DNA from: Fistulifera solaris | Lineage: Eukaryota | Length of the DNA: 43,489 bases | Assembly: GCA_030295235.1 (NCBI GenBank) | Contig: AP026158.1 | Location: forward strand, 434,001 to 477,489 | Reading direction: 5' to 3' | Shown here: piece by piece, positions 22,701 to 34,615 of the stretch | Layout: each line of letters begins with the position of its first letter | Position numbering within the stretch: the first letter of the stretch is position 1 | Position numbers and translations under genes: made by a program | The notes under the pieces: model-generated | Databases searched by the model: none | Seen by the model: the letters and a program-made list of their open reading frames with translations, nothing else | What the model was told of the DNA's origin: nothing

Positions 22701-25700
22701 ACGACGGTCTCGTGAAATCTGTGCCACCCCAGTAATCTCCAGAGACAAAATAGCGACAACGCTGTTGCAGCGAGATCTTTCGAAACAAGCATGTGTTATT
22801 GGAATGCTGAACAAGAAGACTCAGGTAATTAAAGGTACTTACATTGATCCTCTTCCAGAGTACGCCGTGAAAGGAAATCGGTACCTGATGTTGCGGATTA
22901 CACACTGCACAAAGGGCCATTCAGCACCGTCTGGCCAATTACGCCATGGGGCAGTCAAGGAAGGGAACTGTAAGATCGTGTCTTTGTGGACCCTTGGTAT
23001 GTAAACAATACTGTCGCCAACTTGCGGGGTATAGCTTTTTCGTCCACCATAGGATGAATTGCTTTCAAGTCGACGGACCCAAGATCGACTAATCGATACG
23101 CTCCTTGCGTCGGGTACACGAAAGAAGTGCGAGTCATAATCACGAATGAAAGGGCCGGAAGGTTCGTTGTTAGTACTCATGTACTCTTCCAAACCAACCT
23201 CAGAATCCGAATCATCATCGTCAATAAATCGTCGGCGTCTTGGACGACCACCAGCAGCAGGGGAATCAGGCATTACCAACGAGTCCTCCATGTCATCGTC
23301 GTTATCCGAATCCGAGGACTCATGCAGACGTCTGCCGGCAGTTTCATTGTACTCGAACTCTTCGTCATCGGTATCAGCCATCTCACTGTCATCGTCATGA
23401 CGGTTTGATGACGCTTCTTCCCTCAAAATGTCTGTATAGTCTCTCCATCGGTAGTTGTCTGACATACGTCGTGGGCTTCTCGGTCTTGTTTCGGCATCTG
23501 ATATTGCTGAATTAAATCCAAGTGTCAGTTTTCCACCATCCGTGTCTTCGCCAATCATTACCGTGGTTTCTGGATCCAACCGAGCAATAACATTGCCATG
23601 AACAGGCATCTCTGTTTCGCTCATTTCTGCAGCAATTTGCCTCCAGTACTGTCGACCGCACCTTGCCTCAACTTCTGAACTAGGCAAAGGGCCAGTGTTA
23701 CCTCGCAGGAGGTCGTTTACAAAAGCGGCCCATGGCGTGCCTGCATTGGAACATCGGACGCCACGAGGAGCCAAATGAGGGGGTTGCTCCGATCCGCGCT
23801 CGACGCAATAGCCATTTTGATCATACAGTAGATCATAGTAGTCGTTGGAAAAATACTGCTCCTTCATCCATGGCAAGTTTTTGCCATCGGTTTCATCTTT
23901 CTGCCCAACGGAATCGAAGATCGACACGCGACCACTATCGTCCGTCAGAACTAGTAGTGCCCCATCTGGCGAGAAGGAACCATCTAAATATCCACTGGGC
24001 TTCCCTTTGTCGCGGGCGTCGATGGGACCAAACTCTAACGTATTTTTGTGCTGGAAAACACACTCACCGATGGTCACATTCCAAACCTTTACTCGTCCAT
24101 CGGCCCCAGCAGAGCAAAAGATATCTGACTCCGAAGGATGCGGTACGAGAACAGGGCACTGCATCGAGTGCCCCCCAGAAATAGCAACTAAGCAGTTACC
24201 ACTTCTACTATCCCAAACACAAATGAACTGACTTCCCGGAACAATGGCGCTTCCGCTCAGCTTCTCTAGCTCAGATTGCGATGTAATGATAGTCTCGTCT
24301 TGCGCCGTCCAGCAGGCCACATCACAAGAAATACGCGAAGCAGCAGGAGCGCGTCGACGTGCGGGTGCTGATTCAGAACGACGAGGGTTGGAAAGTTGTA
24401 TTAGAATATGCGATGTCTTGCGGTTAGCCAAAAGACGAGGATAAGAAGGATCAACGCTCCAGGACCATACCCGTACGACGCCCTCCTTTTGACTTGCACT
24501 AAGCAGGCGATCTCCTTTATAAGAATACGATAAATCAGTAATAGCACTATGATGTGCTTTGAGTTCCAGCAGTAGTTCTCCTGGAACAGAGAGAAGGCAA
24601 ATTAGCAATGTTTGGCTCTCTTTCGCCGACAAAACCGATGTTCACTTGCCTTGATCTCGAAGATTTGAAGAGGCTCGTATGACTGGTGACTTATTTTCGA
24701 TGAGTTCCAATGCAGGATCAGCTGTTTCTTTCCAAATGCGACATGTCCCATCATCAGAACCTGTAGCAAAATGTAAGCCGAAGGGGCATTTCGCGACACA
24801 AAGAACTTTGATGAAGGACGATCGTGTCCTTCCTTCACTCTGGTTTCCATGCGGTAATTTACAAAGCAGATCCACGCCTTCATCGAGATTATCGTTGAAT
24901 ACAAAGTCACCGGTCGATTCTTCATTTGCGTTGGCATGGTTGTTCTCCAGCACATTCAACCCGTTACCTTCAGGCAGGGGTGGCAATGGAATTTGAGCCA
25001 ACGCTACCTGAGTGTTTTCCGACGACTCGAGTAGCTGGTCCGGCGCTGCCTGGATCGCCCCCTGGCCTTGCGTGTCTTGTAGTGGAGCTCGTAGCATTAT
25101 CCCAGCCTTCGATTCATCCGTGTTCGTGGCAGTCTTCTCATTACTCTGATGATATTCAAGGCGCTTTCCCACCCATTTTCCGTATCTTTTCAGCGCAGCT
25201 TGACGAATATCCCAACACCGCGCCCATCCGTCACTTCCAGCCGTCACTAATCGATAAGGACTGGTCCAAATGACTGTATTCGTTCCTCCGGCATGACCTC
25301 GCAAAATAGCTACAGGACTTCCGTCGACCAATCCCCAAACGCGGCAATCACCGTCTTCCGACGCGGTCGCTAGAAACGCATTGTCCGGAGACACATCAAT
25401 GTTGTTGATTACTCCCGCATGACCACGAAGTGTGCACACCAAGAATGCGCCGCGAATTTTAGAATACGAATTTTCGGGTACATTTGGGTGGAGAGTAGGA
25501 TCCACGCAAAAGACGCGTACGAGATAATCATCTGCGCCGGTACAAAAATAGCGTCCCGTTTTGTCAAACTGCAAACAATATACAGGGTAGGACAAGTGCG
25601 TGTTAATGGTTGCCGCGTGATCGAGTCTATGTTGCAAAAGAATTTTCGAGAAGGAATCATCCCGCTTCGACCAAGCTCGACGCAGAATGCGCGAAAACAA

Positions 25701-26554
25701 CGAACTCGGTTTAGACGGCGTTTGAAAGTTGCGATGCACATGCTGGAACTGCTGAAAAGCTTTTTCCGCCGTGCACTTCAATTCCTGCAACCTGATACGA
25801 TCGGTTTGCTGCGTAGCCATCAATTGTTGCAAGGGACGTTCAAGTTGCGACAATACTCGTTCACAGGCTTTCCGTTTTTCCTCTTGTTCGACATCGTCTG
25901 AGCAAGGATTTTGTTCCAGTCTACGCAGAGTATTTGTTTGAAAAGTCACCGATTGCTGCATCGTCACGATCTGTTTTTCGTCGCCTTTGATTTTGTCACG
26001 TAAATCCAAATAGGCTTTCATGCCGGATTCAGCCGCCGTCTGTATTTGCTGTGCTTTCGGATGTTCGGGAACTTGAAACGGCCCCGTGACAACTTCAACG
26101 ACTTGTTCGGCTTGTTGAATACTGCCAGTCGTTCGTCCCTCTCTCGATTGTCGTTGCTGCTCTGCTGCTTGCTCCAGCAGATTCACCGACGCTTGCCCCG
26201 TTTCTTCCAACAATCGTGCGGACTGCACTAAATGCGACAGCTGCTGCGGAGGACACGCCCGTTGCAAGCGAGCCTGTGAAAAAGAAGCGGATTGCAACGA
26301 CGACGATGATGTCTGCAATGATAGAAAGCATACTTGTATGTGAGTAGCATTTCTCATGTATCTTTATTGAAAAACGCACAAATAAATAATAAACAACGTA
26401 CCAAAGCCGTCGGACCGAATCCTCCCACCGCAGCAAATGCTTCCGAAAGCTCTCGAGCAGCCCTTTGAATGCGTTCTTGAGCAAAGGAATCAGAAACAGT
26501 CACACTCGACAGCCAATGCGTTACAAGAAAGGGAAGCTCATCATTTGATTGCAT
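19793..26554 (-). CDS. Bromodomain and WD-repeat protein (BRWD/PHIP-like)
   Basis: Multi-exon gene: N-terminal ELPFLVTHWL, WD40 repeats (VYCLQFDKTGRYFCTGADD, LRGHAGVI, EQYFSNDY), YTPQVGDSIVY Tudor-like region, two bromodomains (FADPVN..Y...VEVPMCL..NCIKYN; IKEPMDF..NCILFN). Introns include 26401-26313, 24649-24581 (GC-AG), 20237-20172 and 19938-19875; one frameshift near 21780-21800. Confidence 0.92.
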
Positions 26555-27302
26555 TGTTGCGGTTGTAGACGAATTAACTTAAAAGAAAATACCTTCACTT
26601 CTTTTGAAAAGGCTTTCGTAAGATGCAGAAGTTACTTTGTTGCGGGTTGTAGCGGTAACTCTATCTTCGAAGTAGAGAAAAGAAAATGAATTATAAAGAT
26701 ATCATGTCACTTTGTGTTTGACGTGAGCTGTTGAGAAGCAAGCAAGCAAGAGAGCCTGGCGGAGGACGAGGTTTACCAGGTAGAGCCTCGCACTCGCACA
26801 CATTTGCGCGCAGCGCGTCTTCCCTGATACGAGCGCGCTATGCCCGCCCGCGCGCGCAGTTCAAATTACTGTATTTCATGTCTGTCCGTCGTGTGTCCGA
26901 AGAAAACCCTGACTGAAAACCTCTCGAGTCGGGAAAATAAGCGAGAATGGACTTGATGGGATGATTCCTTCCGACAACATCTTCTTTCATTTCATATCAT
27001 GAAAGCCACGGAGCGACGACCAGAGAGGGGCTTAGCTAAGTACTTTATAACATTTGATGAAGATCTTTCGGATAGTTGTGATATATCGAACGTCGACCAC
27101 AGATCGAGATTTTACTATAGTTCCCAAATGTAGTTTTCGACTTGATGAGTGGCGATTTTTCAGTCCCGAGGCCGGAACGGTTTTTTTCTTCTCGTTCCGT
27201 CGCGAAAGATCACGACAAACTTCGAGCAGCGCGTTAATATGAAAAAAAACGATTACATTGCTCCAGTATATTTCATTTTCATTCGAGTATTTTAATAGAA
27301 AC

Positions 27303-28123
27303 ATGAATCGCTGCTTTCCTTTGATACAAACAATAGCACGTCCACTACGACGCACCATATCCACAACTCCGCCTCGGTTTGACAAAAGAAGCATCAAAGT
27401 GCCCAGCATGGGTGATTCCATCACGGAGGTACGATTGATTGTTGCTACTGTTGTTGCTGTATACTTTATCTTATATACGAAAAACACCTTCTCGCTTCTT
27501 TTAGGGAACGATTGTCGAATGGACGGCACAAGTCGGTCAGGCGGTTCAGGCAGACGACGTCATCGCGCTAGTAGAGACTGATAAAGTGACCGTCGAAATC
27601 AAAGCTGAGATCAGTGGTGTTATTACAAAGCACTTTGGTGCCATGTAAGTGAGACTCACTAGGATTACTGTATGGTCTGTGTACGACGGTAAATTTCACA
27701 CTCCACTGGTTTTCGTTCACTTCAGCGATGAAACGGTCGAAGTAGGTGCGGATTTGTACGAGATTGATACAGATGCCTCTGCATCAGTATCGACGGAAGG
27801 CATTTCAAAGTAGAGTCGTCGAAAGCCACAAATGAGAACGACACTCCCGTGGCGGCCAGTGCCTCGGCCCCTCCGCTAAAAGTACCGACAGCGAAGCCCA
27901 CCTCGCGAACGCCCTCTATTCACTTTTTGGGAAGGGAAGGATGGGCTACCCGACTCAGTGGCGGATCTAAGCCAAGCCCACCGCCAAAACCCGTTTACAT
28001 ACCGCCCTCTTATGGGCGACCTAAATTACGCAAGAAGAGATCGATGCATTGATTACGGGAGGGGCCGACTTAGCTCCGTCTGTGTTGGACTATTCCAGCG
28101 GGGCCAAGTTTCGGCCGTTTTGA
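27303..28123 (+). CDS. Mitochondrial lipoyl-domain protein with C-terminal KGD4/MRPS36-like segment
   Basis: Exons 27303-27428, 27505-27644, 27726-28123. Leader MNRCFPLIQTIARPLRRTIST; lipoyl domain VPSMGDSITEGTIVEW...ETDKVTVEI; then RTPSIHFLGREGW and YGRPKxTQEEIDALITGGA. Needs two single-base corrections (near 27808 and 28025). Confidence 0.8.
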
Positions 28124-28946
28124 AAACAATAAAACTAGATTATATCTTGGTTGTCATGACAGTGTTGCTGAGCAAATGATGAAGACAAAAGCATCGATCC
28201 GCGCTACAGTCGTTCACTCTGATCTTCGTGTAGCTGATATATTGATAGCAGTTGCTTAGAAAATAAAATAATTGGTCTGAATGTCTTACTTCTTAATCCG
28301 CTGACGTGATGTTTGTTGTGCTTCTGTAATGATAAATCGTAATCCTTTGGGAAAGCATTAGCATTGTTGCGAGAAGTCTCGTAGTCGTTGGTGACGCGAG
28401 ACGAGTGACGACTCCTCGTGTCGAGCCCTATCAATCACTGGTACTTCATACCGTAGACTCTCTACTCTAGAGAGAGCATTCCTCACCGAAAAGATAAAGA
28501 AAAAACTGAGAAAGGTTGTTTCGGAAAAGGCGATGAAGCTGAAGACCTTACAGCGCACCATGTTCTCCACTTTCTGCCTACTTTCAAGTGGATACCACTT
28601 TATTCCCTCCTAAATACTTTTAGTCTGCTCTTTAAATAACGATATCTTGGCGATACCTGCATAGTGAAGTGTACTTTTCATGTTCCTATGTATCGTAAAC
28701 GTTGCTTAGCAGCCTTGCGCCGAATGTCGCTCAACCGCTGTTTCCTCACATTTTCATCGATCGCAAGGCAGGATCGCTGCTCTCTCGCAAGATTTTGAAT
28801 TGTCGAGGAGGTGCACAGCGGATGCGCCTTGTTTAATGGCACAATCTTTTTGTTGAGTGTCCTCATAGGTCAAAACGATCTTGTCTTATCTTGGTGACAA
28901 AGATAAATTGTGAAAATAGCGATAACAATCAAGCTTCAGTTGATTC

Positions 28947-31751
28947 ATGAGTGCACCGAAGGTTGTCAACAGTGCCCCGGACCATGATGTCGAGGCTCAG
29001 AAAATGAAGCACGATCGACGCAACAGCGGGTTATTATCAGCAGGTTCCAGCGATAGTCGTTACAGTGGACACGGCCCTCCGCCTTCGGCATACCACACGT
29101 ACTATCATCATTATCAACATCACCAATACCCGCACTACTACCACCAATCCCCACCCCCAGATATCCAAACACGTCATGGAGCCCTTCCATTACAATCCGT
29201 GGTGACAACCTCTTTCAGTGCCGAGGAGCGCGAAGCAGTTCAAGAACCGGGTGGCGTTGCTCGTTCATCTCCGGAGAATCGATATGAGACAGAAAAAAGA
29301 GACGTGGAACAGCGCGAGGCTTGGAGCACTCGAGGAGACTACCATCAAAGTCCCCCTATTCCTCGGCCGGCCCAGTTCTCGCACCGTACCTATTCTGGTC
29401 CATCCGCAGCATATTACCAACCGCCGCTCAAGCGAAACTTCTACCATCACAGTCGGCCAAGCGATGTCCGACGTCCTTCTGTTCCGTCTGAGTTTAGTCC
29501 GCCGAAAGAACAAAAGCCGAAACACCTTCCTCTAAGCATAAAATCGTAACACCTCGGCACTTTTGGCAACCAGATGATATGCATGCATACCACATGAGTC
29601 GCACAACTTCGTATCCTCCCGTTCCGTGGCCCTATCACCAGTACTTGCATCCCCCTGCAAGTCCGTCGGCAAGTCCATCTTATGCAAGACCGGCCGCCAT
29701 AAACCTGTCTCCTGGAAAGAAAAAAACCAACCACCTCGCTGGGTATCAATCGCAGCGCCTGCTCCAGGACATTGGGTGCCTCCTCCTCAGGAACCTCCAG
29801 CAGAGTGGAATCAATCATTTGACTCAAGTGAGGCTTCCACCCGGGTGCCCAAAGCAACTGAACCGGAACATCAAGCGAGAGCAAAAGAGTCCTTAAGCCC
29901 TACTTTGCACAAGGGCCTCGTCGAGCATGGGGTTTCTGGCTGTGAGAAAGCAAGAAAAATTAAATCGGAAAACGGTGAAACAATTCTCCTCTTGGCTCTT
30001 TCACAAGACCGTTCAGCGCTTAGTGAGACTCTTTGCATCGTTCGAGAGGTAAGTTGTATGTTACTATATTGGCATGATCCTAAAACTGGAGACTGACAAT
30101 ATTGGTTTCAGAATATTGAAATCTTTACGGCAACTCGAGAGGATGTTGACGCTCCGGCACCAGGACGCAAGCATTCCGTTTCCGTGGGACAAGTCGGTTT
30201 AAGATGCATTCACTGTCGCCATACAACAAAAGCGAGCGACCGTGTGAAGCGAGCAGTGTGCTACCCATCGTCGATCAAACGTATCTACCGAACAGTGATT
30301 GATATGAAGCTGGATCATTTTTCGCAGTGTAAATTTGTACCGTCATCCCTACAGAACCATCTCAACGAGCTCAAATCCGTTCATTCTCGGAGTACGGGAA
30401 CGACAATGCAGTATTTCATTCACGCGGCTCATATTCTCGGAATGGAAGACACCGAATCCGGGGTTCGTTTTTCGGACGAAGAAGGCAGACTAATCGATCT
30501 TGTCACGGCACCCGCAACACCTACAGCGATGCCGAATTTTCCATCGCTGCCTTTGCTCCGTAGAAACTCAAATGCCTCTGAAAGCTCTGCTACTAAATTT
30601 CAGCCAATAACCGTGAATAGTTTCGACTCGACAAGCCAGAGCACGCTTTCAGTCACCTCCCAGGACAAATACTACAACGGAATGGTGAGCTTGGCTCTAC
30701 CTGAGGACGCAGCATCATTGAGTCCTTTGAGATGCTTCTTGAGAGAGCAAGTTTGCGCTTTCTCTGCAACGGAAGAAGATATTGCTGTACGAGCGCCAAC
30801 GACTTTTTCCATCAAGATTGGACAAGTAGGAATCGGATGTATTCACTGTGTTCGACAGGAGTCAAAACGACGATCCAATAGAGCTGTTTGTTTTCCTTTT
30901 TCTATCGGAAGGATCTATCAGTCGGTAGCTGATATCCAGCGATTTCATCTTGGTGAATGCAAGCAGATGCCGACGGAAGTGAAGGAAAAATTTTGCAGCT
31001 ACAAAATGCAAGCTCGAAGGGATCCAAGGGGTTAGCGACTAGGCAGTACTGGGTGACAGCGGCGAAGAAGATCGGACTGGTAGACACCACTCAGGGACTA
31101 CGTTTCGGGCGGGACCCTTCGATATCTCAGTCCCCCAAAGCCTTTTCGTTGGACATTTTAGCCCAGGCGGCTTTTAACATGACCACGGCTAGTAAGGAGC
31201 TGGTCAAGAAAGAAGACAAAGAATGTATTGCGGAATTCCTGTACGTTGTTATGGAGCAGTTACGGCCTTGTCGCTTCACCGAAGCCGATCGTAATAAACG
31301 TCGTCTAAAGGATGTTGGATGTATTGGAGTTGAGTGCAAGCATTGTGCTGGTCAAGTGGACGGAAGAAAGTTCTTTTGGTCGAGTGTTAGTGCAGTCGAA
31401 TCGAACTTTGTTTCCGTTCACACTCATATGTTAGAGTGTCCAATGATTCCGGCTGAGCTGAAAAATCGATTGATCGAGCTCAAAGCACTGCGAAAGGAAC
31501 AGACGTCCGCCTTAAAGAGTGGTTCTCAAAAAGCTTTCTTCGCGAGGGTCTGGCGAAGACTGCATGATGAAGACGACGACGATGCTACCTATGATGAACG
31601 TCTTGCGAACGAAATGATGTGCACAGACGAAGACCGTGAAAAATCAGATCATGAAACAGCTCAAGCGAATGAAGAGAACGAGACTCGAGATGGCCCTGCG
31701 GATTCAGAAGTACTGGAGGTTGCCAGCAGCATGAAAATGGTGTCCGTATAG
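28947..31751 (+). CDS. Uncharacterised diatom-type protein with three G[LIV]xCxHC...HxxxC repeat domains
   Basis: Pro/His/Tyr-rich N-terminus; intron 30049-30111; repeats GQVGLRCIHC, GQVGIGCIHC and GCIGVECKHC; frameshifts near 29506, 29723 and 30992. Confidence 0.8.
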
Positions 31752-31947
31752 GCTGGGGGGAGAGAGAAGAAACAGTTGATTTACATAATTTACATTTACA
31801 TACACTTACTAAGGAAAGAAATAAGAGGGCGACGGTTGCATTAATTAATAAACACTGATCAAACGTCTACGATGTAGAATGATGATGATATTAACCTGGT
31901 ATAACTATAGGTAAGATTCATGAATAATGTGCAAAATTGATTGAAGG

Positions 31948-33654
31948 TTATATTTCACATTCAGCCTTTGATCGTCGTCTTGGAACATCCAATGACCAAT
32001 CTCCTTCATCCAGCATCTGCCTTGCTGATCGATGGATGAAAACCGGTGTTGACTTATTCCTACTACTCTCACTGTTTCTTCCAATTGGTCGCGAAGAGCT
32101 TGAACGACCATTTTGGTGAAACCAGGAGACGACCGCTTGTCGTCGTCGGTAATGGTTTCTAAAGGGAGAAGTGCAATAGCCATCCTGATCATTCATCGAT
32201 AATCTTTCGTCGTCTGCATCATGTGAGGAGCTCTGATAGAAATCTTCGCCACCGATAGACGAAATGTCGTCGAATCTGTTACCTGTCAAAAAGACACCTG
32301 GTAAACCTTCTGCAATTTGAGGCAAGTGTCCGTTCGTATCACATAAAGTATCCGCTTCTCGATCAGCTTCGGTTTCATCTGCCAGCACGTCTTTGTTGAA
32401 ATAGTAAATGGGATCCGATAGTCTTCGTTGGTAAGTCGGAGCGGGCTGAGCAAAGTGCAACGGGTCCGACACATTGCGCTGAAAAAGTGTCAGAGTGCTA
32501 GGCCTCTGAACCCACTCGGCGTGCGGCATTTCTAATATTTCGGATGACGAAATATGCTGCTTTGACGCAAGTTGATACTGATCTCTTTCCTCGATCAATG
32601 CAGCCAAATTCTGTGGGACAAACGCATGGCCACTTTCCCGGACTCGCCATGGATACACCTCGCAAGCTGGGAGTTGCGTGTAACGCAGACGCCGTAGCGG
32701 TGAACAGTCCCCTTCGTCTACCGTCCGGCTTAAAACAAGCGGAGGCTCTGATGGATCATCCCCGTCCCCAAGATGTTCGTCGTAATTGTTCGGAAGCGAG
32801 TAAGCGCCTTGAATGACAGACTGGAATAGAGAATCGTCGTCTTTCTTCGGCGTAACGTACCAATGACTAGAATCGTCGTCGCTTTCGGAGCCACTGTCGT
32901 CGTTGCAGCTCGTCTCTTGTTGTTCTTCTCCCTCACGCGTCTGCTGTTGCAGCAGACTCTCTTCCACACGACGATTGAAGCGAGACCGTGCAGCCTCCAA
33001 GAGCTCCATCGAGCACGTGCACTCGCTAAATTTGTTTTGCTTGAAAACTGCTTGTACAGCAGTTGATTCTTGTAGAGGAGAAGCCGCTGATCTTGTAGGC
33101 TTGATTCGTGAAAACGCTTGCACCGTGCTGTAAAGAGATGCATCAGCGCATGATTCTTGATCGGAGAAAGATAATCTTGCCGCTTCCCAGTTCTCCAACC
33201 AAGCACGAGCGCTTGTTAGCTGCATCGTAGCTTCTTGAATCAAGCTAGGACGACCTGCTTGTGTTTCCGTTCCTTCCGAGCAATCTTGCATTTCGTAAGT
33301 CGTGAATGTCCGTGCGGAATCATTCCTGGCAGAAACACTGTTATTCTCGCCTCGCTCGACTAGAACTTCCTGATAGTTGCGTTTTAATGCACTCTTTGGG
33401 ACGACATTGTTTCGCTTTTTGAGCTTCGTACTAAGAATGCTACGATAGGAAGTCGTCCAGCGAGTGCGTTCTTCCATTTGAGAGCTTTGCTGAGAAGTAT
33501 CGTCTGTCGTGCAGGAGCGTTTCGAATCAAAGGAGGATTTGTTGAGTAAAGGATGCGGCTCATATACAGCGCGGTTTGAGCATTTGATTCGGTCCAGCGA
33601 ATCAAAAAGCCATCTCTTCTTCCGAGCGGATCTTCGAATGTCCATTCCGCTCAT
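31948..33654 (-). CDS. Hypothetical low-complexity protein
   Basis: 568 aa intact ATG ORF, Ser/Asp/Glu-rich; no domain recognised. Confidence 0.75.
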   Translation of the reverse strand: MSGMDIRRSARKKRWLFDSLDRIKCSNRAVYEPHPLLNKSSFDSKRSCTTDDTSQQSSQMEERTRWTTSYRSILSTKLKKRNNVVPKSALKRNYQEVLVERGENNSVSARNDSARTFTTYEMQDCSEGTETQAGRPSLIQEATMQLTSARAWLENWEAARLSFSDQESCADASLYSTVQAFSRIKPTRSAASPLQESTAVQAVFKQNKFSECTCSMELLEAARSRFNRRVEESLLQQQTREGEEQQETSCNDDSGSESDDDSSHWYVTPKKDDDSLFQSVIQGAYSLPNNYDEHLGDGDDPSEPPLVLSRTVDEGDCSPLRRLRYTQLPACEVYPWRVRESGHAFVPQNLAALIEERDQYQLASKQHISSSEILEMPHAEWVQRPSTLTLFQRNVSDPLHFAQPAPTYQRRLSDPIYYFNKDVLADETEADREADTLCDTNGHLPQIAEGLPGVFLTGNRFDDISSIGGEDFYQSSSHDADDERLSMNDQDGYCTSPFRNHYRRRQAVVSWFHQNGRSSSSRPIGRNSESSRNKSTPVFIHRSARQMLDEGDWSLDVPRRRSKAECEI

Positions 33655-34615
33655 TGCCGTTTAAATTGTTGTGTGACTAATAGAAGTGCTCGTATGACTT
33701 TTTGTGTTTTGAGGTGTTTTGTTGCCGATGATGATGTAGAAAAGGATGAATGACCCTGGCTTTTGCGTCCCCAAAAGATAAAAATGAAAATGTCGGTCAA
33801 GCTCCATTCAGAAGCTGCGGCTCATCGGTGTTTGACAGGTTTGGGCAAACCAGTCACTGATTTTACACGGAGAATGCTAAAAAAAACGGCAAAAGCAATG
33901 GCGGGTCTGATGGAATTTTCAAAAGCAGAATACGTTTTTTACTATGTAAACCTGGTGGTAGTAATTTAATAGTAACTTTCTTCTTAGACGAAAAGGACTA
34001 TAACACAGAATGACATCACTAACTAAATTATTCGAAAAGGATCTCTTGGCCTTGCCGGGTTTCAAGAATGACCAAAAGGGCGCGTTTTTCTGTTTTTCTC
34101 TCCTTTCGAATGAGTAGAGAACATTTTCTTCTTTTCCTCTGTACTTTGACAATCTAAGTCCTTTTTGTTTCGGACAAACTACTTTGTACACTTTAGTATT
34201 ACTAGTCTTTAGTCTAGAACCCAGAAACACTTTTTTCCTAGTGCTTGAAGCCCGCCACATGACCGACGCCCTACACATTTCCGATGAAAGGTCTCCACAA
34301 TATACGCCATTCACAAAATTTCGATTGAAGTAAGAACGCCCAATTGTCCAACGGAAAATGAACCTTATTCACGACTCACACTAACAGAGGACGAACTTAA
34401 AGCATATCTACCAGGTACTATAGACGATCGCCTAATCTTGGTCGATTCATTCACGCATCAACGAATGTTGTTTACTTTACCGAAGCAAAAGCAAGCGCGA
34501 GGATAGATTTCGGCACGACAAATTACGCCGATTAGCTGATTTATTGCTAGAAAGGTTCATCCTTACTAGTCGTTGGAAATCTTGCACATCCCGTGGCGAC
34601 TAGTTGCCTACTTTG

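Noticed and set aside
26800..26860. GC/CG-rich patch in the divergent BRWD/lipoyl promoter as E2F sites
   Set aside because: No exact TTTSSCGC match; only a generic GC-rich promoter element can be claimed.
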